A stretch of DNA of 64,000 nt from Sporomusaceae bacterium. GTDB taxonomy: Bacteria; Bacillota; Negativicutes; Acidaminococcales; JAJUGR01. The notes below the pieces were generated by a model, which did not search any database, was not told where the DNA came from, and was given only the letters and a program-made list of their open reading frames with translations. Each line of letters opens with the position of its first letter. The first letter of the stretch is position 1. Position numbers and translations under genes: made by a program. Shown here piece by piece: positions 1-11,866 of this stretch. Location: the NCBI GenBank assembly GCA_029265905.1, contig JAJUGR010000009.1, forward strand, positions 9,176 to 73,175. The letters run 5' to 3'.

Positions 1-184
1 GGTCATCGCCCGCGAGACGGTCAAGGCAATGCGCAAGGACGTCTTGGCCAAGTGCTATGGCGGCGACATTTCCCGCAAGCGCAAGCTGCTGGAGAAGCAA
101 AAAGAAGGCAAAAAGCGCATGAAGCAGGTGGGCAGCGTTGAATTGCCGCAGGAAGCCTTTATGGCGATCCTGAAAATGGATTAA
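1..184 (+). CDS. lepA: Elongation factor 4 (LepA), C-terminal fragment
   Basis: Frame starting at 2 reads [53 protein letters not shown], the LepA C-terminal signature; stop at 182-184; truncated by the window edge. Confidence 0.97.
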   Translation, partial: VIARETVKAMRKDVLAKCYGGDISRKRKLLEKQKEGKKRMKQVGSVELPQEAFMAILKMD

Positions 185-189
185 GCGCC

Positions 190-1329
190 ATGCGGGGCGG
201 ACTTTATATCCACATTCCGTTTTGCGTGCAAAAATGCTTATATTGCGACTTTCCCTCGGTGGCGGGGGCGGTCGAAACCCAGGGGGCAGCTTATGTGGCT
301 GCCCTTGTTCGTCAGGTCCAGGTGTGGCGCCGACGGTTTCCGGCCTTCGTGCCGGAGACAATCTATATCGGCGGCGGCACGCCCAGCTTGCTGACGGCCG
401 AGCAGCTGGCCGCTCTGGTTGGCGCGCTGGAACAAGCCGGGTGGTGGCAGCCGGCCGTGGAACGCTCAATTGAAGCGAACCCGGGAACCGTGACGCTCGA
501 AAAGCTGCAGGCGATGCAAACGCTGGGCTTAAACCGCATCAGTTTTGGCGTGCAAAGCTTTTCCGATGTGCTGCTGCGGGAAATCGGCCGCGCCCATACG
601 GCGGCACAGGCCGCCGAAGCGGTTGATTTAGCGGCGCAAGCAGGCTTTCGGCGGATCAACCTCGACTTGATGTATGGCTTGCCAGGGCAGAGTACGGACG
701 ACTGGGCCGAAACGCTGGCGCAAGCCGTCCGGCAGCCGGTGGAGCACCTATCCGCCTACGCGCTGACCGTTGAGGAAGGGACGCCGCTCGCCCGGCGGGA
801 GGCGTCCTGCCCCGATTACCTGCCGGACGATGAAACCGTCGCCGCCATGCAGGCGATGACGCTGTCCGCCTTGCCGGCGGCCGGCTTTGCCCGCTATGAA
901 ATTGCCAATTTTGCCAAACCCGGCGCCGCTTGCCTCCATAATATCGGCTACTGGCGCTACCGGCCCTATTTGGGCTTGGGGGCGGCGGCAGTTTCAACTT
1001 GCCGCGGCCGGCGCTGGCGCACGACGCAAGCGCTGGATGCGTATGTGGCCGATGCGGCCGCGGGGCGCTTTGCCGCTTGCGAAGCGGAAATCCTGCCGGC
1101 GGGGGTGCGGCTCGGCGAGTTCGTTTTTTTAGGCTTGCGGATGGTGGAGGGCATTTCGCTGCGGACGGTAAACCGGCGCTTCGCCATTCATTTTCAAACG
1201 ATGTTTGCCGAACAGATAAATTACCTGCGGCAGCGCGGCTGGGCCGAATTGGACAAAACGCATTTTCGCCTGACGCAAGAGGGCATGAGATGGGGCAATC
1301 AGGCCTTTTCGCTGTTCTTGCCGGACTGA
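190..1329 (+). CDS. hemW: Radical SAM heme chaperone HemW (HemN-like)
   Basis: LYIHIPFC..CxxxCxxC (CVQKCLYC), GGGTPS, YRPYLGLGAAA; conserved lepA-hemW-hrcA order. Confidence 0.93.
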   Translation: MRGGLYIHIPFCVQKCLYCDFPSVAGAVETQGAAYVAALVRQVQVWRRRFPAFVPETIYIGGGTPSLLTAEQLAALVGALEQAGWWQPAVERSIEANPGTVTLEKLQAMQTLGLNRISFGVQSFSDVLLREIGRAHTAAQAAEAVDLAAQAGFRRINLDLMYGLPGQSTDDWAETLAQAVRQPVEHLSAYALTVEEGTPLARREASCPDYLPDDETVAAMQAMTLSALPAAGFARYEIANFAKPGAACLHNIGYWRYRPYLGLGAAAVSTCRGRRWRTTQALDAYVADAAAGRFAACEAEILPAGVRLGEFVFLGLRMVEGISLRTVNRRFAIHFQTMFAEQINYLRQRGWAELDKTHFRLTQEGMRWGNQAFSLFLPD

Positions 1330-1335
1330 TTCCTC

Positions 1336-1365
1336 TTGACAGGCGGCTAGCTGTGGTGGTATTTT
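1336..1365 (+). promoter_or_regulatory. sigmaA promoter of the hrcA-dnaK operon
   Basis: TTGACA (1336-1341), 18-nt spacer, TG-n-TATTTT (1360-1365), directly upstream of CIRCE. Confidence 0.75.
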
Positions 1366-1376
1366 TTTAATAGGTG

Positions 1377-1403
1377 TTAGCACTCCTTGATGTTGAGTGC
1401 TAA
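1377..1403 (+). promoter_or_regulatory. CIRCE element (HrcA operator)
   Basis: Perfect TTAGCACTC-N9-GAGTGCTAA upstream of hrcA. Confidence 0.98.
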
Positions 1404-1428
1404 CAGCTTTCCGCAGGAGGGAAGAAAA

Positions 1429-2460
1429 ATGCTGACTGAAAGACGCCAAAATATTCTTCGGCTGATCATTGAGGACTATGTCGCTTCGGCCGAACCGGTC
1501 GGTTCGCGGGCGCTGGTGCGCAAAAATGCGCTGGGCCTGAGTCCGGCGACGATTCGCAATGAAATGGCCGACTTGGAGATTTTAGGGTATCTGGAACAGC
1601 CGCATACGTCGGCCGGACGCGTGCCTTCGGCAAAGGGCTACCGACTATACGTCGACAGCCTGCTGTCCCCCGAACAACTGTCGGAGAAGGATGTTTCGCT
1701 GATCGAGCATTGGTACCAGTCAAAAACGCAACGTCTTGACGACGTTTTTCGCCTCACTGCCAAAATTTTATCCCGCATAACGCGCAACCTGTCGTTTGTG
1801 TTGACGCAGGCGCATCAAGAACGCGTTTTCCGCTATATGAAGTTTCTGCCCCTCGACGAGCAGCGCGCGATTTTAGTGCTGGTAACCGATTCCGGGGTGG
1901 TCGAAAACCGCGTGTTTCGCTTGCCGCCGGGCGTGATCTGGGAGGAACTCGAGCAGGTGGCCGAGCGGCTCTCCAACCGGTTGGCGGGTGTTTCCCTGAC
2001 CAATCTGGACGAGCGCGTCCTGCAGGAGGTGCGAGAGGCCATCGTTCAAAACGCCGCCTTGTACGCCGATACGGTCGCCATGCTGCGCGAGACGCAAAGC
2101 GCCAGCAAGCGAGAGCAGCTCTATCTTGGCGGCGCCACCCATCTGCTGAACCAGCCCGAGTTCCGGGACTTGGAGAAGGCACGTGGGTTATTGTCCGTTA
2201 TTGAGGAAGAGCGGCTGGTGCGCGATTTGCTGCAGGTGCAAAAAGACGATGGCGTGTTCGTAACCATCGGCGAGGAAAATAAATTCAGCGGCATTCAGGA
2301 CTGCAGCATGATTCAGGCTACCTACCGGCTGGATGGCAAGACGGTGGGCACGCTGGCCGTGCTTGGACCGACGCGCATGGAATATGCCAAGATCATTTCC
2401 GTGGTGAATTTTTTGCACCATTATTTAAAGGGCGTAGTGGAACAAAACAACGAGCGTTAA
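1429..2460 (+). CDS. hrcA: Heat-inducible transcription repressor HrcA
   Basis: MLTERRQNILRLIIEDYVASAEPVGSRAL, SPATIRNEMADLE, HTSAGRVPS; ATG 1429 follows the GGAGG SD. Confidence 0.97.
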   Translation: MLTERRQNILRLIIEDYVASAEPVGSRALVRKNALGLSPATIRNEMADLEILGYLEQPHTSAGRVPSAKGYRLYVDSLLSPEQLSEKDVSLIEHWYQSKTQRLDDVFRLTAKILSRITRNLSFVLTQAHQERVFRYMKFLPLDEQRAILVLVTDSGVVENRVFRLPPGVIWEELEQVAERLSNRLAGVSLTNLDERVLQEVREAIVQNAALYADTVAMLRETQSASKREQLYLGGATHLLNQPEFRDLEKARGLLSVIEEERLVRDLLQVQKDDGVFVTIGEENKFSGIQDCSMIQATYRLDGKTVGTLAVLGPTRMEYAKIISVVNFLHHYLKGVVEQNNER

Positions 2461-2524
2461 CTTGCCGTGGCAATGTCAGGCGTTTTGCGCGCCTGACATT
2501 GATTAATATGAATGATGGGGTGAC

Positions 2525-3103
2525 ATGATGCAGCAAGAGGACCAGAATAAGCCCGTTGACGAGCAGCAAGTGCCGGCGGATGACGCCGAGGCGCAAGCTG
2601 AGACTGGCGAGGCAATGCCCAGCGAAGAGGTTGCTGAAATCGTAAAAGCTATGGAAGAAAAGCAAAAGACAATTGAAGAATTGCAGCAGCGGCTGCAACG
2701 CTTGCAGGCCGATTTTGACAACTTCCGTCGCCGGACGCAAAAAGAACGCGAGGAATTAGGCGCGTTTGTTGCCGGTGACGTAGTGTTGCGCTTTTTGCCG
2801 GTTGTTGATAATATGACGAGGGCGCTTGATGCGCAAAAAAACCAGGATCCGGAGGCGCTTCGGCAGGGGGTGGAGATGATCTACCGCCAATTGCTGCAAG
2901 GCTTGGAGCAGCTGGGCGTCGAAGCGGTTGAAGCGCAAGCCGGCACAGTCTTTGACCCGGTTTGCCACGAAGCGGTCATGATGGTGGAAAACCCCGAACT
3001 GCCCGACAATAGCGTCGAGATGGTGTTCGAAACGGGCTACCGCCTGAAAGAACGCGTCCTGCGTCCGGCCAAGGTGCGCGTAAATCGCTGCAGCGGTGAT
3101 TAA
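2525..3103 (+). CDS. grpE: Nucleotide exchange factor GrpE
   Basis: RLQADFDNFRRRT, FDPVCHEAV, GYRLKERVLRPAKVRV; position in the dnaK operon. Confidence 0.97.
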   Translation: MMQQEDQNKPVDEQQVPADDAEAQAETGEAMPSEEVAEIVKAMEEKQKTIEELQQRLQRLQADFDNFRRRTQKEREELGAFVAGDVVLRFLPVVDNMTRALDAQKNQDPEALRQGVEMIYRQLLQGLEQLGVEAVEAQAGTVFDPVCHEAVMMVENPELPDNSVEMVFETGYRLKERVLRPAKVRVNRCSGD

Positions 3104-3133
3104 GGCTTGTTCTTTGCAGTTAGCAAGATGTAA

Positions 3134-4999
<1,866 letters not shown>

Positions 5000-5018
5000 T
5001 GACGGGATGGTGTGACGG

Positions 5019-6173
5019 TTGAGCAAGCGCGATTACTACGAAGTGCTCGGCGTGTCCCGGAATGCTTCGGAAGACGAAATAAAAAAAGCCTACCGCAAGC
5101 TGGCGCGTAAGTACCATCCGGATGTGAACCGGGAAAATAAAGACGAGGCTGAAGAGAAATTCAAGGAAGTGTCGGAGGCCTATGAGGTCTTGTCTGATGC
5201 CAGCAAAAAAGCGCAGTACGACCAGTTCGGCCATGCTGCCTTTGATCCGGCGCAGGGCGGCGGATCAAACGGCTACGGTTTCGGCGGTGGCGGCTACGGC
5301 GGTTTCGGCGGCGGCTTTGATGTCGGTGACATTTTTGAAAGCTTCTTCGGCGGCGGGGCGCGCGGCGGACGCCGCCCCGGGCCGGAGCGGGGCGATGACC
5401 TGCGCTATGATTTGAAGATTTCCTTTGAAGAGGCCGCGTTCGGCGTCGAAAAGGAGATTGAGATCAACCGCGACGAGCAGTGCGACGCTTGCCATGGAAC
5501 GGGCGCCGAGCCCGGCACCCACGTCGATACTTGTCCGGATTGCCACGGCACGGGACAGGTGCAGGTTGCGCAGCAGACGATTCTGGGCCGGATGATGAGT
5601 GTTCGCCCGTGCCCGCGCTGCGGCGCTACCGGCAAGATCATCAAGACGCCTTGCAAGAAATGCGGCGGCAAGGGCCACCAACGCAAACGGAAAAAACTGA
5701 CGGTGAAAATTCCGGCCGGCGTTGATGAAGGCTCGCGCTTGCGCGTGGCCGGCGAAGGCCAGGCTGGTGAGCGCGGCGGCCCGTCCGGCGATTTGTACGT
5801 ATATTTGTTTGTCAAAGAGCATCCGCTCTTTGAGCGCGACGGCAATGACGTGCTTTGCGAAGTGCCGATCAGCATCGTACAGGCCACCTTGGGCGCGGAC
5901 ATTGAAGTCCCCACCCTGGATGGGCGGCTGACCTTCCGGGTGCCGGAAGGGACGCAGCCGGGCACGGTGTTCCGCCTGCGCGACAAGGGCATTCCCTCCT
6001 TGCGCGGCGGCGGCCGCGGCGACCAACTGGTGCGCGTCAAGGTCGTCGTGCCGAAGAAGCTGAGCGACAAGCAAAAAGATCTGCTGAAGACCTTTGCGCA
6101 TGAAACGGGTGAAAACATCAACCCGGAAGAAAAAGGTTTTTTAAAAAAGGTGAAGAACTTATTCGGTGTATGA
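5019..6173 (+). CDS. dnaJ: Chaperone DnaJ
   Basis: J-domain with HPD, G/F-rich linker, four CxxCxGxG repeats. Confidence 0.99.
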   Translation: MSKRDYYEVLGVSRNASEDEIKKAYRKLARKYHPDVNRENKDEAEEKFKEVSEAYEVLSDASKKAQYDQFGHAAFDPAQGGGSNGYGFGGGGYGGFGGGFDVGDIFESFFGGGARGGRRPGPERGDDLRYDLKISFEEAAFGVEKEIEINRDEQCDACHGTGAEPGTHVDTCPDCHGTGQVQVAQQTILGRMMSVRPCPRCGATGKIIKTPCKKCGGKGHQRKRKKLTVKIPAGVDEGSRLRVAGEGQAGERGGPSGDLYVYLFVKEHPLFERDGNDVLCEVPISIVQATLGADIEVPTLDGRLTFRVPEGTQPGTVFRLRDKGIPSLRGGGRGDQLVRVKVVVPKKLSDKQKDLLKTFAHETGENINPEEKGFLKKVKNLFGV

Positions 6174-6198
6174 AAGAGTAGGGAGGAGGGCGATGCTC

Positions 6199-7140
6199 GT
6201 GAAGTGGATGGAAATGAGCGTAATGGTGGGGCACGAAGCGACGGAAGCAACGGCGAACATTTTCCACGAAGCCGGCGCCGGCGGCGTGGTCATTGAAGAC
6301 CCGCTGCTGATCAACTCCTATCGCAGTTCGGGCGCGTGGGATTATTGCGATATCCCTGAGGCGGCCGACACGGAAACGGTTACTGTGAAGGCTTATTTGC
6401 CGGTTGACGATCGCCTTGATGCCAGCATTGCGGAAATTGAACAGTCCTTGCGATCGCTGTCCTCTCGCCTGGAAAATGCAAAACCATGTGGTCCGCTGCG
6501 CTTGCGCGAAGTGCAGGAAGATGATTGGGCAAACGCGTGGAAACAGTATTTCCACCCGACGCGCATCGGCAATAACCTGGTTATTAAGCCGAGCTGGGAG
6601 GAGTATGAGCCGTTGCCTGACGACCTGGTCTTGGAAATCGATCCCGGCATGGCGTTTGGCACGGGCACGCACAATACGACCGTGCTTTGCATGGAAGAGC
6701 TGGAGCAGCTTGTCCGTCCGGGTATGCAGGTGTTTGACATTGGCACCGGTTCGGGGATTTTGTCTCTGGCGGCCGCCAAATTGGGGGCGGCTAGCGTGCG
6801 GGCGGTCGACCTCGATCCGACGGCCGTACGGGTGGCAACGGAAAATGTCCGGGACAACGGCTTGGAGTCCGTCATTTCTGTCCGGCAAGGCGACTTGCTG
6901 ATGGGAACGGAAGGGACAGCCGACCTCATTGTTGCCAACATCATCGCCAGCGTCATCTTGATGCTGCTGCCGGATGTGCCAGCCCGCTTGAACAAAGGCG
7001 GCTTTTTTGTGGCCAGCGGCATCATATCGGAACGGTTAGGTGAAATCACCCACGCCGCCCGTGAATACGGGCTGGTTGTGGATCGTGTCGTGGAGCGTGA
7101 CGGCTGGGCTGTCGTCGTTGCACACAAGGAGGAAGACTGA
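6199..7140 (+). CDS. prmA: Ribosomal protein L11 methyltransferase
   Basis: IDPGMAFGTGTH, DIGTGSGIL, ANII; start is GTG 6199 or ATG 6193, after GGAGGAGG. Confidence 0.96.
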   Translation: MKWMEMSVMVGHEATEATANIFHEAGAGGVVIEDPLLINSYRSSGAWDYCDIPEAADTETVTVKAYLPVDDRLDASIAEIEQSLRSLSSRLENAKPCGPLRLREVQEDDWANAWKQYFHPTRIGNNLVIKPSWEEYEPLPDDLVLEIDPGMAFGTGTHNTTVLCMEELEQLVRPGMQVFDIGTGSGILSLAAAKLGAASVRAVDLDPTAVRVATENVRDNGLESVISVRQGDLLMGTEGTADLIVANIIASVILMLLPDVPARLNKGGFFVASGIISERLGEITHAAREYGLVVDRVVERDGWAVVVAHKEED

Positions 7141-7141
7141 A

Positions 7142-7900
7142 TTGCCGCGTTTTTTTGTTGAACGAACAAGTGAACAGACAGCGGTTATCAGCGGGACGGA
7201 TGCGCATCATTTGCGTTCCGTCCTGCGTCTGCGTCCGGGCGACGCTCTGACCGTCATCGACGAACGGCAACAGGCCTTCCAGGCCGAACTGACGGCTTAT
7301 GAAGCGGATCGCGCTTTGGTGCGGCTGGTGGCGCCGGAGGCCATTGAGCGGGAGGCGGAAGTGGCGGTTTATCTGGTGCAGGGCCTGGCCAAAGGCGAAA
7401 AGATGGAATGGATCATTCAAAAGGCGGTTGAGCTTGGCGCGGCCGGGGTTATCCCGCTTAGCGCCAGCCGCAGCGTCGTGAAGTTGTCGGCGGACAAGGA
7501 AAAGGTCCGTCAGCAGCGCTGGCAGCGGATTGCCGGCGAGGCGGCCAAGCAGTGCTGCCGCTTGCTGGTGCCGGAGGTGTTTCCGGTTGCGAAGCTGGCC
7601 GAGGTGCAGGCTTTGCTGCCGGTTGGCTGCCTTTGCCTCCTGTGCGACGAAGCGGCGGCCCAGGGCGAAACGCTGCCAGGCTTAAAACAGGTTTTGCGCC
7701 GCGCGGACGCACCTCCGCCGGCTGTTGCGCTGTTTATCGGCCCGGAGGGCGGATTTACGCGCAAGGAGGTAGCGGCGGCCGCCGCCTTTGGGGCAAAGCG
7801 CGTCTCGCTGGGGCCGCGCGTCCTGCGGACGGAAACGGCCGCCGTCGCTGCCGTGACGATTGTGATGTATGAGTTGGCGGACGTGGGAGGAGAAGCATGA
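7142..7900 (+). CDS. rsmE: 16S rRNA m3U1498 methyltransferase RsmE
   Basis: HHLRSVLRL, QKAVELG, FIGPEGGF, LGPRVLRTETA; TTG start after AAGGAGG. Confidence 0.96.
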   Translation: MPRFFVERTSEQTAVISGTDAHHLRSVLRLRPGDALTVIDERQQAFQAELTAYEADRALVRLVAPEAIEREAEVAVYLVQGLAKGEKMEWIIQKAVELGAAGVIPLSASRSVVKLSADKEKVRQQRWQRIAGEAAKQCCRLLVPEVFPVAKLAEVQALLPVGCLCLLCDEAAAQGETLPGLKQVLRRADAPPPAVALFIGPEGGFTRKEVAAAAAFGAKRVSLGPRVLRTETAAVAAVTIVMYELADVGGEA

Positions 7901-9207
7901 ACCCTGCTTGGAGAGTAGCTTTTTATACGCTCGGCTGCAAGGTGAACCAGTCGGACACCGCGGCGATGGAAGCGATGTTCCGCGCAGCAGGGCACTCGAT
8001 CGTGCCAGCGGAAGAGGCAGCCGACGTCTACGTGATCAATACCTGCGTGGTGACAAACGTAGGGCAAAAGAAATCGCGGCAGATGATTCGGCGTCTGGTG
8101 CGGGAGCATCCGGCCGCGTTGGTCGTTGTGACGGGCTGCTATCCACAGACGGCCGCGGAAGAGGTGCGCCAGATTCCGGGCGTCGGTCTGATTGTCGGCA
8201 ACCAGCACCGCCCGCAACTGCTCGCCTTGGTGGCGGCGGCGAAGGCCGGCGGCCAGCCGGTGTCGGCGGTTGACAAGATCACCCAGGCGCGCGAGTTCGA
8301 AGATCTGCCCATCGCGGCTTTGAGCAGCCGTACACGGGCTTTTTTAAAAATTCAGGAGGGCTGCCAGCAGTATTGCTCGTACTGCATTATTCCTTATGCC
8401 CGCGGCCCTTACCGTTCCCGTCCGCTTGACAGCATCCGCCGCGAGGTGGAAAAACTGGCGGCGGCCGGCTTCCAGGAAATTGTCCTCCTGGGCATCCATC
8501 TTGGCGCCTATGGCCGCGATCTGCCGGGGGTTACGCTTTTAGATGCCGTAAAAACGGCGCTGTCCGTACCTAATTTCGCCCGCTTGCGCTTGGGCTCGCT
8601 TGAGTCGGTGGAGGTAGAAGCCGGGCTGCTGGAATTAATGCGCGACGAGCCGCGCCTGTGCCGGCATCTTCACCTGCCCTTGCAGGCGGCGGACGACAGC
8701 GTGCTGCAGCGAATGAACCGCCCGTACCAGGCGGCGGACTTTGACCGGCTGCTGGCGGCGGCGCATCGCCTGGTGCCGGGGTTGGCGGTCACGACCGACG
8801 TTATTGTCGGATTCCCCGGCGAAACGGACGAACAGTTTGAGCGGGCGCGGCAAACGATTGCCGCCTGGCCGCTGGCCGGACTGCACGTTTTCCCCTACTC
8901 GCCGCGTCAGGGAACGCCGGCGGCCGCGTGGCCGGAGCAGGTGCCGGAGGCAGTCAAGAAAGCCCGCGCCCACGCCTTGTCGGAAGTGGACCGGCAATTG
9001 CGCGCGCGCTTCCACCAGTCGCTGGTCGGTACAACGCAGCGCGTGTTGTTTGAAACGCAGGGGGCGGACGGCTTGATCGAAGGCTTAACCGACAACTATG
9101 TGCGCGTGATGGCGGTCGGTGATGAAGCGTGCCTGGGGCGCCTTGTGGACGTTGCCATTCAATCGGCTAATGCTGAATTTGCGTTTGGGGTTATTTCCCA
9201 ACAATAG
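7897..9207 (+). CDS. mtaB: tRNA methylthiotransferase MtaB
   Basis: TLGCKVNQ, INTCVVT, CQQYCSYC radical SAM motif, IVGFPGET; follows rsmE. Confidence 0.94.
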   Translation: MNPAWRVAFYTLGCKVNQSDTAAMEAMFRAAGHSIVPAEEAADVYVINTCVVTNVGQKKSRQMIRRLVREHPAALVVVTGCYPQTAAEEVRQIPGVGLIVGNQHRPQLLALVAAAKAGGQPVSAVDKITQAREFEDLPIAALSSRTRAFLKIQEGCQQYCSYCIIPYARGPYRSRPLDSIRREVEKLAAAGFQEIVLLGIHLGAYGRDLPGVTLLDAVKTALSVPNFARLRLGSLESVEVEAGLLELMRDEPRLCRHLHLPLQAADDSVLQRMNRPYQAADFDRLLAAAHRLVPGLAVTTDVIVGFPGETDEQFERARQTIAAWPLAGLHVFPYSPRQGTPAAAWPEQVPEAVKKARAHALSEVDRQLRARFHQSLVGTTQRVLFETQGADGLIEGLTDNYVRVMAVGDEACLGRLVDVAIQSANAEFAFGVISQQ

Positions 9208-9218
9208 TTGCCGCTTCA

Positions 9219-9247
9219 GCAGGAGTTTTCCCCCGGAGAGCGAATAA
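9219..9247 (+). promoter_or_regulatory. sigmaH-type promoter upstream of the HIT gene
   Basis: GCAGGAGTT-N11-AGCGAATAA, close to the B. subtilis sigmaH consensus RNAGGAWWW-N11/12-RNNGAATWW. Confidence 0.65.
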
Positions 9248-9301
9248 AAACCAGATGACACAGCTTTGATCCACACGTATGGAACGAGGGGAGGTGTAGG
9301 A

Positions 9302-9646
9302 ATGACGGATTGCCTTTTTTGCCGCATTGCCAATAAAGAAATTCCGGCCACGATTCGCTATGAAGACGACACCTTCCTGGCTTTTGCCGATATTAGCCCG
9401 CAGGCTCCCAGCCATACGCTGATAATTCCCAAACGCCATGTGGACAGCCTTTCGGCTGCGACGGACGATGACGAAGCCTTGCTTGGCAAGCTGCTGCTCA
9501 CAGCGCAGAAGGTTGCCCGCCAGGAAGGCTTGCTGGAAGATGGCTACCGCGTAGTCATCAACACCGGCGAGGCCGGCGGACAGACGGTGCGGCACTTGCA
9601 TGCGCATCTGCTGGGCGGCCGCGACATGCAATGGCCGCCGGGCTGA
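9302..9646 (+). CDS. Histidine triad (HIT) nucleotide-binding protein
   Basis: DCLFCRIA, PQAPSHTLIIPKRH, GQTVRHLHAHLLGG. Confidence 0.95.
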   Translation: MTDCLFCRIANKEIPATIRYEDDTFLAFADISPQAPSHTLIIPKRHVDSLSAATDDDEALLGKLLLTAQKVARQEGLLEDGYRVVINTGEAGGQTVRHLHAHLLGGRDMQWPPG

Positions 9647-9656
9647 CAGGTTATAG

Positions 9657-9686
9657 TTGACAGAAGCACTGCTTTGTCGCTATAAT
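9657..9686 (+). promoter_or_regulatory. sigmaA promoter of rpsU
   Basis: TTGACA (9657-9662)-N18-TATAAT (9681-9686). Confidence 0.85.
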
Positions 9687-9749
9687 AGACAGGTGTATTA
9701 GGTTTGTATATACACTTCCCTAAGGTTGCAGATGAGGGGAGGGATAAAG

Positions 9750-9926
9750 ATGGCAGAAATTAAAGTCGGCAAAAATGAAACACTTGATAGTGCGCTCCGC
9801 CGTTTTAAGCGGGCTACGCAAAAAGCCGGCGTCTTGTCCGAAGTCCGGAAACGCGAACACTATGAAAAACCAAGTGTTAAACGTAAGAAAAAATCCGAGG
9901 CAGCTCGTAAACGCAAAACCAGATAA
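9750..9926 (+). CDS. rpsU: 30S ribosomal protein S21
   Basis: [21 protein letters not shown]...[24 protein letters not shown]. Confidence 0.98.
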   Translation: MAEIKVGKNETLDSALRRFKRATQKAGVLSEVRKREHYEKPSVKRKKKSEAARKRKTR

Positions 9927-9944
9927 GGATTTGGGGGGACGGGT

Positions 9945-10397
9945 ATGTCATTAATGGCACGCTTGACTGACGATATGAAGCAGGCCATGAAAGACAAAGA
10001 AGCGGGCAAGTTCCGCTTAGGTGTTATTCGCATGGCGCGTTCGAGCATTAAAAACGCCGAAATCAATGAGCGTCGGGAATTGACCGATGATGAGATTTTG
10101 ACGATTTTGAGCAAGGAAGTTAAGATGCGCCGCGATGCGGCCTGTGAATTTGAGAAAGCTGGCCGAATGGATTTGGTAAGCGGTGTCGAAGCGGAAGCAG
10201 CGATCTTGATGAGTTATCTGCCGGAACAGCTGTCTGCCGAAGAGGTAGAAGCGATCGTGAAGCAGGCGGTTGAGCAAACACAGGCCACGTCCGCTCGTGA
10301 GATGGGCAAGGTCATGGCGATTGTCATGCCGCAGGTTAAAGGCCGCGCTGACGGCAAACTCGTCAATGAGATGGTGCGTAAGGCGCTTGGCGCTTAA
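9945..10397 (+). CDS. yqeY: GatB/YqeY domain protein
   Basis: DMKQAMKDK, YLPEQLS, MGKVMAIVMPQVKGRADGK; conserved rpsU-yqeY pair. Confidence 0.93.
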   Translation: MSLMARLTDDMKQAMKDKEAGKFRLGVIRMARSSIKNAEINERRELTDDEILTILSKEVKMRRDAACEFEKAGRMDLVSGVEAEAAILMSYLPEQLSAEEVEAIVKQAVEQTQATSAREMGKVMAIVMPQVKGRADGKLVNEMVRKALGA

Positions 10398-10403
10398 AGA
10401 CCG

Positions 10404-10440
10404 ACGGAAGGGAAAGAAGATTCCCTTCCGTTTTCTTTTT
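10404..10440 (+). terminator. Rho-independent terminator after yqeY
   Basis: ACGGAAGGGAA / TTCCCTTCCGT 11-bp stem followed by a T-rich tract. Confidence 0.85.
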
Positions 10441-10445
10441 GTTTC

Positions 10446-10474
10446 GAAGGATTTTGACCGGATGGAGAGAATAA
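10446..10474 (+). promoter_or_regulatory. sigmaH-type promoter upstream of nfeD-floA
   Basis: GAAGGATTT-N11-AGAGAATAA immediately after the yqeY terminator. Confidence 0.7.
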
Positions 10475-10512
10475 AATATAGTAACAAGCGACCCAGGGAG
10501 GGTGGTGTACAT

Positions 10513-11850
10513 ATGCGGGTGAAAAGAAACGGCTGGCTGCGCAATTGCTTTCTGCCGGTGCTTTTATTTCTAATCAGTGTGCTGCCTGCTGCAAGCGCCG
10601 CAGCCGCTGGCGAAAACCCCTCCGACAGCATTGTTTGGGTGGTTGTGCGAGGGGAAATCGATCAAGGCCAGGCGGCGCTTGTCAAACGGGCCATAGAGCA
10701 GGCGGATCAAAAGCAAGCTAGAGCGATCGTCATTGAAATGGATACGTTTGGCGGCCTGGTTGATGCCGCTGTGTCGATTCGCGACCTGCTGATCGCCCAG
10801 CAGCGGCCGACAGTTTGTTATGTTCGCAACCGCGCCTGGTCGGCAGGCGCGCTGATTGCCATGGCGAGCCAGCATATTTTTATGGCGCCGGGCAGCAGCA
10901 TCGGTGCGGCGGAGCCAATTCCGGCCACGGAGAAAACGATTGCGGCCGTCAAGGCTGAATTCGCGGCGACGGCCGCGAAAACGGGACGCAACCAGCGGGT
11001 GGCGGAGGCGATGGTCGACAAAACGCTTGGCTTCGAACCCTACGCCAAGCCAGGACAGATTTTGGCGCTCACAGACGAGCAGGCAATCAGCGTCGGCTAT
11101 GCGGCAGCGATTGTGGCGGATCGGGGGCAACTGCTGGGAAAAATGGGGTGGCAGGACGTCTCCGTTGACGAGTTCAACTTAACGCTGGCGGAACGCGGCG
11201 TGGCGCTGTTGTCCGATCCTGCAGTCAAAAGCATACTGCTGTCGCTGATTGTACTGGCGTTGATGGCGGAAGTCAAAATGGCCGGCAGCGGCGTCGGGAT
11301 CGGCATAGCCTTTTTGGGCGCGGCGCTGTTGTTTGGCAGTGAATGGATCAGCGGCACGGGGGGATGGCTGGAGATGCTGCTGTTTTTGGCCGGCGTTATT
11401 CTGCTGGGGATTGAAGCGATAGTTCCAGGCTTTGGCTTTTTTGGCGTCAGCGGCATTGTTTGCCTGACGGCGAGCTTTTTCTTCATCCTCGGCGGCAACG
11501 CGCAGGCGGTTTTGTGGATGGCGTTCAGCGTGGGGCTGGCCATCATCCTGTTTTTGGTGCTGATGCGTTACCTGCCGAAAAGCAGCCTATGGGACAGGTT
11601 TGTTTTACGCGAGGTGGAAGGCCAGCGCGAAGGCTTCAGCTCGGCCAACGACCATCGCCACTTGATCGGCAAGACGGGCGTAGTTGTTTCCAAACTGCGG
11701 CCCGCCGGCGTGGTCGAGCTGGACAACCAAAAATACGACGTTGTTTCAGAGGGCGAGTTTGTTGAAGCAGGCACATTGGTGCAGGTTGTGAGCGTTGAGG
11801 GCGTGCGCATTGTCGTTCGCGCGGTGCGCACCGAAGAATGGCTGAAATAA
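10513..11850 (+). CDS. NfeD family membrane protein with ClpP-like protease domain (YqeZ-like)
   Basis: Signal peptide, DTFGG and AWSAGALIA (SAG nucleophile motif), several TM helices, C-terminal OB fold (LRPAG..DVVSEG); adjacent to floA. Confidence 0.9.
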   Translation: MRVKRNGWLRNCFLPVLLFLISVLPAASAAAAGENPSDSIVWVVVRGEIDQGQAALVKRAIEQADQKQARAIVIEMDTFGGLVDAAVSIRDLLIAQQRPTVCYVRNRAWSAGALIAMASQHIFMAPGSSIGAAEPIPATEKTIAAVKAEFAATAAKTGRNQRVAEAMVDKTLGFEPYAKPGQILALTDEQAISVGYAAAIVADRGQLLGKMGWQDVSVDEFNLTLAERGVALLSDPAVKSILLSLIVLALMAEVKMAGSGVGIGIAFLGAALLFGSEWISGTGGWLEMLLFLAGVILLGIEAIVPGFGFFGVSGIVCLTASFFFILGGNAQAVLWMAFSVGLAIILFLVLMRYLPKSSLWDRFVLREVEGQREGFSSANDHRHLIGKTGVVVSKLRPAGVVELDNQKYDVVSEGEFVEAGTLVQVVSVEGVRIVVRAVRTEEWLK

Positions 11851-11866
11851 AAGGGGGAGAAATTAA

